Below are positions 17,438-27,100 of a DNA stretch of 64,000 bases, piece after piece. Within the stretch, counting starts at the first letter, position 1. Each line of letters starts with the position of its first letter. Where the stretch lies: the IMG/VR virus record IMGVR_UViG_3300010965_000002, positions 64,001-128,000 of that record; one strand, given 5' to 3'. Source of the DNA: a virus. A model generated the notes under the pieces. That model made no database searches, was not told the origin of the DNA, and saw only the letters and a list, made by a program, of their open reading frames with translations. Made by a program: the position numbers and the translations under genes.

Positions 17438-18973
17438 ATGAACACTGTGTTTACTACAGCCGTTACGACAATTCCCACCGCGTGGGCCAATGATGTCAAT
17501 CGTGTTGTTTACGACGTACTCGGTGCGCCTGCAACTCTGGCGCAACTCCAAGCAGCACTGGGTCTTGGCCCGTTGCTAAACGGTGGGGCTTTAATCACTG
17601 TCAACGGTAGTGTTGATGGTAGCCCGATCGGTTCCAATCAACCAAGTACCGGCGTGTTCACGCGTGTACAAGTGGTAGGTAGCAACTCCGGGCTGACAGA
17701 CGTTGTGACTCATGCGCAACTGAACTCGGCGGTTGTCGGCGCTACAGGCATGATCGAAAACATGGCCTACCAAGACGCAGGTGCTGTGGACATCACTGGC
17801 GGGACACTTGATGCTGTCATTATTGGCAATGCCACACCAGGTCCTGGACGTTTCACAACGCTGAAAGCCAATGACCCAGTTAGTGGTAAGGACGTTGTCA
17901 ACATTCAAACGCTGGATACACGTTGGGCTACGCTGCCTAGCTTTGGCAATATGTGCGGCCAGAACAACACGGCTGTAAACATCGACGGTGGGTACATCGA
18001 CGGTGTTGTGATTGGTGCTACAAACGCTGTTGAAGCACGTTTCACCCGAGTGACAACCAATCAGTTGCTGGGTGGTACTTGCCATGTGTTCATGGATGGT
18101 GCTGCACCAGGTGCTGGACAATACGCGCTGCTGTTCGACATGTTGAGCAACGCTTCACTGGACCTTGGCTTCCGTTTGAAGGCTGGTGCTGCTGTCATTT
18201 TTGATTCTCCTGATGGCACGTTGACGTTCCAAGACGGTCGCCTGTTTGTCAACACGATTGATGACGGTGTTCACGATTTTCAATTAGGTGGTTCTGCACT
18301 GATTGATGACATCTTCCTCGGTAACACTCTGCCTAGCGCCGCAAACTCTGTTGTGTGCAAGCAATGGGTTGATCTGCAAGTTGTCAATGTCACAAACTTG
18401 ATTGCACCTGCAATCGCAGCCGCTGTTTCTGGCCTAGGTAACATCGTTAACCAAGATCAAGATGCGATCAACATCACAGGCGGCGCGATTGATGGTGTTG
18501 TGATTGGTGGTCTTGTTCCTGCACTGGCAACATTCACTCAAGTCAACACTGACATCCTGGTTGGTTCACACGGTTTGATTCGTTTGGACGGTACAGGCGG
18601 CTATGCAAACTCAGCAGTTATCCTCAGCGCCGACGACAACACACGACCCAACATCAGTGTAGTGCCAAATGCGAACGGTGCCTTCGCTGTCATGGCTGGC
18701 GGCGTGCCTGTGCATCGTACACACGTCAATGGTCGTACCGTTATCGGTGCAGGTGGTGAAGACGGTCTGAACACCTTACAAGTGTATGGCGACGCTGTTG
18801 TGCATGGACGCTTCACCTTGGATGGTGGCACTATGACTGGTACAGTGTCTGCTGATCTGGGCGTGACTGCACCTGCACTGTTGAATCCAGACACACCTCA
18901 TTGGGTTCGTGTTCGTGTTAACACCACGGCTGGTCTGCGCGAATGCGTGATGCCAGCTTGGGAAGTTATGTAA
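17438..18973 (+). CDS. tail fibre-like protein, family member 1
   Basis: AAGGA RBS; three GxMxxQxxxAVxITGGxxDxxxIG modules; N-terminus shared with 20172 and 28236. Confidence 0.75.
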   Translation: MNTVFTTAVTTIPTAWANDVNRVVYDVLGAPATLAQLQAALGLGPLLNGGALITVNGSVDGSPIGSNQPSTGVFTRVQVVGSNSGLTDVVTHAQLNSAVVGATGMIENMAYQDAGAVDITGGTLDAVIIGNATPGPGRFTTLKANDPVSGKDVVNIQTLDTRWATLPSFGNMCGQNNTAVNIDGGYIDGVVIGATNAVEARFTRVTTNQLLGGTCHVFMDGAAPGAGQYALLFDMLSNASLDLGFRLKAGAAVIFDSPDGTLTFQDGRLFVNTIDDGVHDFQLGGSALIDDIFLGNTLPSAANSVVCKQWVDLQVVNVTNLIAPAIAAAVSGLGNIVNQDQDAINITGGAIDGVVIGGLVPALATFTQVNTDILVGSHGLIRLDGTGGYANSAVILSADDNTRPNISVVPNANGAFAVMAGGVPVHRTHVNGRTVIGAGGEDGLNTLQVYGDAVVHGRFTLDGGTMTGTVSADLGVTAPALLNPDTPHWVRVRVNTTAGLRECVMPAWEVM

Positions 18974-18979
18974 AGGACA

Positions 18980-19009
18980 GAGCGGATTGGCACACTAACC
19001 AATCCGCTC
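18980..19009. promoter_or_regulatory. perfect 11-bp hairpin GAGCGGATTGG/CCAATCCGCTC
   Basis: Read directly from sequence; 8-nt loop; no U-tract on +, so attenuator or processing site rather than clear terminator. Confidence 0.5.
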
Positions 19010-19019
19010 CCGTTAGTAT

Positions 19020-19187
19020 ATGCCAGATCAAGACAACACTCTCGCGGCTGGTCTGACTGTAGAACAACGCCTACTTAGGTGCAACAAGTGTACTAGCAAC
19101 AAGCAAGGCTGCTGCACTCACCAAAACAAAGAGATTGACCAGATGATTTTGCTGGTCAAGTCGCTCTGTCCTGAGCAGCGTTGGTAG
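19020..19187 (+). CDS. 55-aa Cys-rich protein (CxxC..CC..CPxxRW), absent from the ORF track
   Basis: MPDQDNTLAAGLTVEQRLLRCNKCTSNKQGCCTHQNKEIDQMILLVKSLCPEQRW; paralogous to 57061-57258. Confidence 0.7.
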   Translation: MPDQDNTLAAGLTVEQRLLRCNKCTSNKQGCCTHQNKEIDQMILLVKSLCPEQRW

Positions 19188-19208
19188 TAGGCACTAATTT
19201 AATTAAGT

Positions 19209-19227
19209 GCTAGGAAACAAGTCTAGC
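19209..19227. promoter_or_regulatory. GCTAGGAA-N5-TCTAGC motif, copy 2
   Basis: Intergenic; matches 3952-3970. Confidence 0.45.
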
Positions 19228-19264
19228 TATTCTTCAACAATCAACCACAGGTTAAAAGCACACT

Positions 19265-20158
19265 ATGAGTTCACGCTCTTTAGAAGCGCGTAGCGTAGGC
19301 AATGCAGTTAAATGGAGTGAGCTCCTGCTTAACACTTATGGACCTACAACATTGCGCAATTACATTGACGCAAAGGACAGTGCAATGTCCTTGTTGTTTG
19401 ACACCACAGTTGCCTCGATCAACGCCGTTCTGGTTCAACATACAAATGCAATAGACACGCTTACCACCAGTAAGCTAAATCGCACAGGTGATACTGCGCA
19501 CGGTCTTAGTAGCGATGGTTGGTTTACCTCTATTGCCGACACAGGCTGGCGCACTTCTTACGGCAGCGGTTTCACACAATCGAATGCCACACGTTTGGAA
19601 GTAACAGGCTCTGCGATCTTGTCAGCGGGTAATGGTGTCGAAAGCTCACAGTATGTGGCTTTGGTCACGGCCATGCGCTCGGTCTTCCGATTCCAGCAAG
19701 GGTCAGCCGTAACTGACTTCTATCGTGACCCTAACGGTGACGTTGGCTTGGTAGACAGCGTGCTGGGTAGTATCTGGCGTATGGTCGCCTCGACTGGTGA
19801 TCTGGAATTCAACCGCCGTGTCAAACTCAATCTGAGCACCATTCCAGGCAGCGGTAGCTACCTTGGTATTGATGCCAACGGTTATTTGGTGCGCTTGTCT
19901 ACGCCTCCGCCAGTTGGTACTCCTGTTGGAACTCCAGTCGGAACACCCGTTGGTACGCCAGTAGGAACACCTCCAGTCGGTACACCAGTAGGTACTCCTC
20001 CAGTAGGTACTCCTCCGGTTGGAACACCAGTTGGAAGTCCTGTCGGTACGCCGCCGGTTGGAACTCCTCCAGTAGGTACACCAGTTGGTTCACCAGTTGG
20101 TACTCCGCCAGTAGGCACACCACCCGTTGGAACGCCAGTCGGCAGTCCAGTGGGTTGA
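19265..20158 (+). CDS. fibre-like virion protein with C-terminal (P)PVG(T/S) repeat tail
   Basis: N-terminal KLNRTGDTAHG fibre-like segment; 19 PVG units ending PVGSPVG-stop. Confidence 0.75.
   Translation: MSSRSLEARSVGNAVKWSELLLNTYGPTTLRNYIDAKDSAMSLLFDTTVASINAVLVQHTNAIDTLTTSKLNRTGDTAHGLSSDGWFTSIADTGWRTSYGSGFTQSNATRLEVTGSAILSAGNGVESSQYVALVTAMRSVFRFQQGSAVTDFYRDPNGDVGLVDSVLGSIWRMVASTGDLEFNRRVKLNLSTIPGSGSYLGIDANGYLVRLSTPPPVGTPVGTPVGTPVGTPVGTPPVGTPVGTPPVGTPPVGTPVGSPVGTPPVGTPPVGTPVGSPVGTPPVGTPPVGTPVGSPVG
19904..20155 (+). repeat. coding tandem repeat, 19 PVG units
   Basis: Counted from DNA; codons differ from unit to unit; higher-order (PVGT PPVGT PPVGT PVGS)x3. Confidence 0.95.
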
Positions 20159-20171
20159 TTAGGAACATATC

Positions 20172-21620
20172 ATGCCAATTGTAAAACCGTACTACATTGA
20201 TACGGTAACCCATATACCAGCCGTCTGGGCCAACGCTGTAAGCGACCTGGTCTACGACGTGTTTGGTTTGGCTGGAACTAAAGCAGGTGCTCGCGCCGCG
20301 TTAGAACTAGGCAGCATGGCGTTACAGAATGCAGACAACATTCAAATCGTTGGCGGTAGCGTCAACAATGTGCCCATCGGTCTTGATGTGCCCATGCAAG
20401 GTCGCTTCACTGTGCTGTCTGTTGAAGTTGACCCTATTTCACCAGAACACGTAGTCAACAAGAGGTATTTGAACCAACGGTTAACAGCCTTCGGTCAAAA
20501 CTACGTACCTTGGACTGGTGGCACCATGACTGGGCCACTGCTGGCTTACGGTGACCCCGTAGGTCCGCTTGAAGTTGTGCCACGTCGTTGGGTTGATTTC
20601 CGAATCTTGGAAACGTTGCAAGACAAGCCTCTGCAACGCTGGCACACAGTAAGCACAGGTCAACCAACGTTTGAATGGACTTCGTTTGTACGGCCTCTGT
20701 ACGTATACCCTGAAAACTTCTTGGTCTACATAGACGGTCAGTTCCAGACGTTGGGTGTGAACTACACTGTTGACGTGACAGACGAGCCCGTGTTCGACTT
20801 TGGAACCTCTGTTGCAGTAGATCGTGAGTTCGACGTTGTTTATCTGAACAACCTGCGTAACTTGATTGCACTGGCACCTCCGTTCATCATTCCGCCAAGT
20901 GGCTTCTCTGCCGGCCCTGGCTGGAGCGACCCGATCAACATGCGTATCAACTATGTGCTGACCAATGCAGGCGAGAACCAAATCTCGTTGTCGCATACTG
21001 TGCTGCGTGAAATGTTTGTGGGCTGCGTTGTTACAACTGGTGCCTTGGTTGATCGTGTGGTTACGTGGTCAACACAATGGTTCCCAGATGCACCGTCGGC
21101 TGCGTTACACCCACCAGCGATGATTGCGGTCAGTGCTACAGAAGCGAAGCTGTCGTTGCCTGAAGGTTTGACTGACCACTACTGGGCTGGCCGTTTGGAA
21201 ATCACCATGCTGGTTGATGGTGTGCCTACTGGCTATCCGCTGTGGATGGACATGACGAACCAAGTGACGCCTGAATATCGTGACGGTCGTGTGCGTTGGG
21301 GTTCAACGGCAGCTCCTGTTATGAGCCCAGACATTGACATCACAAACGTGTTCTCAGGGCCTACTGGAAGTCTGCTTATTCCAGACGGTGACACTACCGC
21401 CGTGCCTATGATGCGTGTAATCGTTGCTACAGCTAACGTACCTAGTGGGGCACTGCTTGAACTGTGGGATGGAGTTACACTGGTTGGTTTGATAGGCCCT
21501 TCGTTAGAAGTCTTGATTCCTGCTGCTGCATTAGGCCCACACGCGTTTACTGCGCGTATCGTCAACGGTTCAAGTGTGACATTGGCTACGTCCAACACTT
21601 GGGACGTTACAGTAGTGTAG
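20172..21620 (+). CDS. tail fibre-like protein, family member 2
   Basis: IDTVTHIPAVWANAVSDLVYDVFG N-terminus; LGSMALQNADNIQIVGG module; YVPWTGGTMTG fibre motif; Ig-like C-terminus. Confidence 0.75.
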   Translation: MPIVKPYYIDTVTHIPAVWANAVSDLVYDVFGLAGTKAGARAALELGSMALQNADNIQIVGGSVNNVPIGLDVPMQGRFTVLSVEVDPISPEHVVNKRYLNQRLTAFGQNYVPWTGGTMTGPLLAYGDPVGPLEVVPRRWVDFRILETLQDKPLQRWHTVSTGQPTFEWTSFVRPLYVYPENFLVYIDGQFQTLGVNYTVDVTDEPVFDFGTSVAVDREFDVVYLNNLRNLIALAPPFIIPPSGFSAGPGWSDPINMRINYVLTNAGENQISLSHTVLREMFVGCVVTTGALVDRVVTWSTQWFPDAPSAALHPPAMIAVSATEAKLSLPEGLTDHYWAGRLEITMLVDGVPTGYPLWMDMTNQVTPEYRDGRVRWGSTAAPVMSPDIDITNVFSGPTGSLLIPDGDTTAVPMMRVIVATANVPSGALLELWDGVTLVGLIGPSLEVLIPAAALGPHAFTARIVNGSSVTLATSNTWDVTVV

Positions 21621-21825
21621 CTAAGGCATCCTGGTCTAGCTACCGTATCAACGTAGAGCAACAACTACATAGGCCATTCATTAAAGGGCTAGTTGCACAA
21701 ATCCCTGATGAAAGTTTTAAGCTCATGGAAGCCTGATGCATAATCTAGCTCCATGAGCTACTAGACGCGCTTCTAATAGAAGTCTAAGGCATCCCGATGA
21801 ACAACACATTACTTGGAACACAATC

Positions 21826-22443
21826 ATGAGTCAAAAAATCTCCGCAATGACGGCCCTTACTGTTTTAGCTGGTACTGAATTTGTGCCTGGTATTACAGCG
21901 GATTTGGAAAACGTCAAGATTCCAGTCGGCCTCTTTGCGCCGTCGAAGCTACTTGTGTCATTATTTGGTAACAACATGACAGGCATCTATCCAACAACAC
22001 AGTGGAATGACTGGACGGGTACAGCAGAAGTTACTACGCCTCACGTTGAATGGAGCGAGTACGACAAAGCCCTATTGTTTCATACTGGAGGTGTGTACAA
22101 GATTCGTATCACCACAAAACTGAGTGCGTTTGATTCTTACGTCAATCCTCAGTCACTGCCATTGAATATGTCAGTGGGTACGTTTATGAGCAATGCAACA
22201 ACGGTGCCTGCCGAAATGGAACGTAGTCGTGTAGCTATCACAGGCGATGTTCAAATGGGTTACAACGAAATCAGTCATGGACAATGGACTGACGAATACA
22301 TTGTGCTTGTAGCCTCAACAGAAATGATCTATCCTCAAGTGCATTGGCACCCAATGGACAGCAACAACGGCCAACAACTTGACATCCGTTCGACCATGAT
22401 GGTAGAACTTGTCGAGGCTCGTAACGTACAACTACCTGGCTAA
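21826..22443 (+). CDS. hypothetical virion protein (205 aa)
   Basis: N-terminal KISAMTAL..GTEFVP..NVK motif common in phage virion proteins. Confidence 0.65.
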   Translation: MSQKISAMTALTVLAGTEFVPGITADLENVKIPVGLFAPSKLLVSLFGNNMTGIYPTTQWNDWTGTAEVTTPHVEWSEYDKALLFHTGGVYKIRITTKLSAFDSYVNPQSLPLNMSVGTFMSNATTVPAEMERSRVAITGDVQMGYNEISHGQWTDEYIVLVASTEMIYPQVHWHPMDSNNGQQLDIRSTMMVELVEARNVQLPG

Positions 22444-23099
22444 TGAAAAAACTAGCCATTGTTACATTGACACGAGGTGAACGGCCTGAATGGTTTGAGC
22501 TTTGCAAGGAAAGTATTGCAAAAGCTCTGCCTGAGGATGCAGAGCACGTTGTTGTCCAGTGCCCAACTTACGCAGACGTTGAAGTTGCACGGTGGGAAGC
22601 CTTAAAACTAGCTGAATACATTGCGTTTGTAGACGACGATGACCTAATTATCAACGATAGCATCAACAAATTGTTGGTCGCCATTGAGAAAACAGGTTGT
22701 GGTGTTGCCTTCACAGACGAACAGCGAATTGATACAAACGGAAAGCCCTTTGAAGCAAACAAGCCCGTACGTTCGCGTGTGACCTACATGGACATCGCAT
22801 CAGGCGTACTTGGTTGTCACCATCTGGCTGTAGTTCGTACAAGCGCAGTTCCTCCAGAAGCTTGGGTAGAAGCACAGAAGATTGGCGCAGGCATCGACTG
22901 GCTTATCAATGCAACTGCTGCCTTAACTCATGGGGCTGTACGTGTGCCCATCTATGGATACCAATGGCGGCATCATAGCTCAGGCTTCCATATGACAACC
23001 GATTGGAAGACTGCTTTCAATACAGGTATATCTGATCTGCGTAAGTTCTTGCGTGGCTATGAGCCTAAAACAGATGAAGTTCCAATCTTCAAAGAATAA
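22443..23099 (+). CDS. GT-A fold (family 2-like) glycosyltransferase
   Basis: IVTLTRGERPEW..CKESI..YIAFVDDDD (DxD motif)..YQWRHH; TAATG-coupled to upstream gene. Confidence 0.82.
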   Translation: MKKLAIVTLTRGERPEWFELCKESIAKALPEDAEHVVVQCPTYADVEVARWEALKLAEYIAFVDDDDLIINDSINKLLVAIEKTGCGVAFTDEQRIDTNGKPFEANKPVRSRVTYMDIASGVLGCHHLAVVRTSAVPPEAWVEAQKIGAGIDWLINATAALTHGAVRVPIYGYQWRHHSSGFHMTTDWKTAFNTGISDLRKFLRGYEPKTDEVPIFKE

Positions 23100-23114
23100 T
23101 CCGTAGGAGCATTC

Positions 23115-24170
23115 ATGACGACGCCAGTTCCAGTTCCAGGAGAGAACGAACTCCTAATTCCGAATCTCGGTTCCACTCTTGACGTTACGCCAAAGGTGAT
23201 TGTTGAGCTTTCGTTTCCGTTACCTGCGGGTGCCAGTGTTGTTCTTCTGCGTGACGGTTTGGCGTTAACTGCCGTGCCAGTGCAAATCAGTCCTACAGCC
23301 TTTGAGTTTGCTGACGTTGTGACGCCTGGTACGTATAACTACACTGCCAAGGTTCGTCAAGGTGTACGTAGAGAAGAAAGCAATGTTTACACAATTACGG
23401 TCAATCAGGAACTGCCTGTGCCTACTATTGTGGTTTATGCGACTGTATCTATCGCAACGTTGTTCAATACCTCGTGTCCAACAAACGTGGATGGCAGTTA
23501 TATATTAAACGTAGGCATCGACCCAATCACGAGTTCAGGCGAGTACGCGATATACGATGTCAACAATTTACGTGTCGATTTGCCTGCGTCTAGTACAGAC
23601 ATTATTGTGCATACAGTAGGCGCAGCTACGGTAGTTGCGTATAACAGCTATGATTTCGTTAGTGCACCTGCCGTCGGCGATCAACTAAGGCTGGTTCTTA
23701 TAGACCCTGATTTTGTGCCTATAACACCAATGCCTGCAGAGACTTTCTATACGGAAACGGTATCAAGCTCGCCTGCAACCGACGCGGTGTATCCGTCACC
23801 GTTGGTGGCTGTGCTATCAATGCCGCTAACAGGCCCGAACGTTCATTGGGGTATTGGCACCACTACGCTTCTTGTCGAAGTAACGAACGTAGGCTCACAG
23901 GCTTATGGTGTAGGCTGTGGTGCTACAGGTGTCAGTGCGAACCAGTATTATCAATCAATAGAACCTGGTCAAACGTACATCTTCAATGTAGTGTGCTCTG
24001 GAAATCCTGGAGACTTGGCAGGTATATGGGTAAACATCAACACTATAGTTGTAGGCGGCGCTAACTTCTACATGGAGACACAACAAGTTGCAGCCACCCA
24101 ACCACATGTTGCTGAAATCCCTGGTTCCGTGGTAGCCCAGACTATAGTTGTGAACTGTGGTGGCGACTGA
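23115..24170 (+). CDS. Ig-like domain virion protein (351 aa)
   Basis: Beta-rich, V/T/P-rich; N-terminal domain paralogous to that of 24198. Confidence 0.65.
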   Translation: MTTPVPVPGENELLIPNLGSTLDVTPKVIVELSFPLPAGASVVLLRDGLALTAVPVQISPTAFEFADVVTPGTYNYTAKVRQGVRREESNVYTITVNQELPVPTIVVYATVSIATLFNTSCPTNVDGSYILNVGIDPITSSGEYAIYDVNNLRVDLPASSTDIIVHTVGAATVVAYNSYDFVSAPAVGDQLRLVLIDPDFVPITPMPAETFYTETVSSSPATDAVYPSPLVAVLSMPLTGPNVHWGIGTTTLLVEVTNVGSQAYGVGCGATGVSANQYYQSIEPGQTYIFNVVCSGNPGDLAGIWVNINTIVVGGANFYMETQQVAATQPHVAEIPGSVVAQTIVVNCGGD

Positions 24171-24197
24171 TGTACCTTTTAACACTAGGAAATAAGT

Positions 24198-27100
24198 ATG
24201 GCAACGGCTGCTGAACAAACACGCGAGATAATTATTCCGCATAACGGGTCTACACTTGATAGACTGCCAACGGTAAACGTACACCTGTCTGCTCCACTTG
24301 GGCCTAATATGGCCCTAAAGTTGTATATAAACGAGGTGCTTTCAACGGAGAATAGTTCAGAAATATCTCCTACTGAATACATTTTTTCTCCGCAGTGCAG
24401 TCCAGGCGTTTATACCTTTCGTGTAGACGTGGTACAAACTGCTAGTGGCTCAAACGTAATAGGCACTCGACCGAGTAACGTGCGTAACATCAAAGTTGAA
24501 GATGTCAATCAAGGATGGTCGGCAGCTATCAATCAAGATGGACCTTATGCGCGTGGCAACGCAGGTACCAGTGACAATTTCGATGACTTCAATTGGCACG
24601 ATAGCTTCTGGTTGGCCGTGATTGGAAACGTTAAGGTTACTGACATCGTTAGATGGGCAACCAGCTGGGCTCCAGGTTCAGATGGTGATCTACCACCTGT
24701 AGTTGTGCAACACACTGCACAAGCTGGTCTACCGCATCGTCTTGAACTGCAAGCCCGGCTTGGCAGCAAAGGTAGCGTTTCCTACTCAAGCGGTGTGATG
24801 ACCGTCACATTGATGGTGAACGAGGTAGCACTAGGTGATGTGCTTGAACTTACGCTGGAAGACGATCAAACGGATTCTCACGCAGAAAGTGCAACCTGGC
24901 GTGTGGTTGGTCCTTTAGTGCCGCCTGTGAGCATCCATCTGAGTGACAGTGTTACCATGCTGCCCGTAGATAACTCCGCTGGTGTAGTGTGGTACGACTT
25001 CGTTGTGCCTGGTACTAATCCGGTTGTGATCGACACCGTTGGAGGCACGGCAGATACTGAGATTGCCGTGTACGACAGTCTAGGACATCTGATTGCTCAG
25101 GACGATAGCAGCGGAAACGATGCCTTCGACAGTAGTTTGCTGACACTAACAGGCTTGACACCTGGTGCCACGTACTATCTGGCTGTGGGTGAATACCAGA
25201 TGACCTTTGGTACAGACAATTGGCAAGTTACGCAGCCTGATGGTTCGACAGGCGAAGCAGTTGTGTTGAATGCCAACCTGAGCTATGTGGCGACACCCTT
25301 AGCCTATGCGTTTGAGAACTTTGCGTTTGCAAGCATTCAAGCTCCGACAGGTAGTGCTACATTCCGTCATACACTCACTGGTTCAGGTGCTGCGGCAGTT
25401 GTTGATCTGTACGGTGTAGCTGACGTGGTACTGGAAACCTCTTCGCCGGGAACGACATCAACACGGTTGGTACCTATTTATTCACGCTTGCTAGGTGGTG
25501 CAATTGATGGTTATGAGTTCTGGGAAAATGGTTCTATGGTTAGCTCTGCTCCATGGGACCCATACGACACAACAGAACAGACTGTTCGACCTGTTGCGAT
25601 TAGCGAACATCTGTACAACGGACATTCGCCTGCAGCAAATCGTTTTGTGCGCTTCATATTGAGTCCTGACTGGTCAATTGAAATGACCACGGCGTTTGAT
25701 GGTCAACTGACGGCGGCTACATTCACTGGTGTTTGGGCAGGTAAAGCAATTTCTCGCACCCCAGCATTGGTTCAAACGTTGGAACTGGATAAAACTTTTG
25801 AAGTTAACCCAGTGGTACCTGTAACAAACCCATTCTCAATAACTTGGGACTATTCAAGCAGCGCCAATGGCAACATACGAACAGATACTGATTTGCCTCC
25901 TGGCTACGGCACGCCGACACCAGGTGTAAGTCGTTACCTGTTGAAAAACGGTATGGCCGTTACAGCAAGCATGACAATGCAAGCTAACGCAGGCCCTAAC
26001 ACGGTTCTGCAACCTGGTGACATTGTTATCCTGCAAGGTGTGATGCACGTTGGAACGTTGACAGGTACGGAGGATTCGCAGACACGCAACGTTGGTGGCG
26101 GTTACTCGCCGTTGACGCATACAGTGACTGAGCACCCATCGTATATCGGTGACGAAAATCTGCAACTGCTTGGTGAACAAGGTGTTGATTGGGCAAGTAC
26201 ACGTACTCAGTGTAGTTATCCATTAGGTCTTGATGCCCGCACTTTCACAATAAAAGCTACACCAACGATTGACCCTACAACTGGCGCTTGCGATTTTTGG
26301 TACGGCCCTTTCTTCACGCTCACGCAGGCAGAAATGTTTGCATTCGGCAATACCTCTGAGTTGATTTCTACCATCAACGGTATTGCGATCTACCGTGGCG
26401 GAGTGTCTCCTGCAAACTTGATATTCTCAGATGTGAATCGTGAGATATTCAAGATGCGATCAGAGGTGCGCGAAGACCCTGCACAGGCTTTGGTGCAGAA
26501 CTTCGCCGCAACGCCATTGTCGGGTACGGCTCCATTAGTTGTGACGTACCAAGACTTGTCGAACTTCCCAACGACCGATGTTTCGTACACGGTTACTGGG
26601 CTGCTGGTGAATGCCACTACCGACACAATCGGTATGCAAGGTGTGTACGACGTGATGCAAGAAGTGCGACGGCCTGATACGACGTTGTCCCAAGTCACGA
26701 AGACAGCTTACCTGACGGTGAATGAGCGCACGTATCCATCTGATGCACCTTACGTAGACATCTTCCGGGATGAATATAACGGTGTGGTGATCGACATTGC
26801 AAGCCATGTGCCTAACTTGGCACCTGTTGATGCGGTTGTGACGGGTACAAACGTGTTCACTACAGGCAATGGATACGTGCATCGCCAAGATACGAGTCAG
26901 ATGTATTTGCGTGTTGACACGGCACGACCTACAGGTACAAACTTTGACTACAAACTTGCGTGGTCAATGGCCTTTGCAGAACAGGTGTTCACAAACGGTA
27001 CGTTGTTCTTTGCCCATATTTTCGGTAACGACTATGGCGGCATGAACGGTGGCAATCCTGGCTATGCGGCTGTACGTGTGTTCCGTCAAGCTGGCGCTGT

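Noticed and set aside
19882-20213. Antisense ORFs with PTGGV or EYQL repeats (also 29940-30275, 32128-32478, 32189-32401)
   Set aside because: Shadow frames of the PVG coding repeats; synonymous variation preserves only the PVG frame
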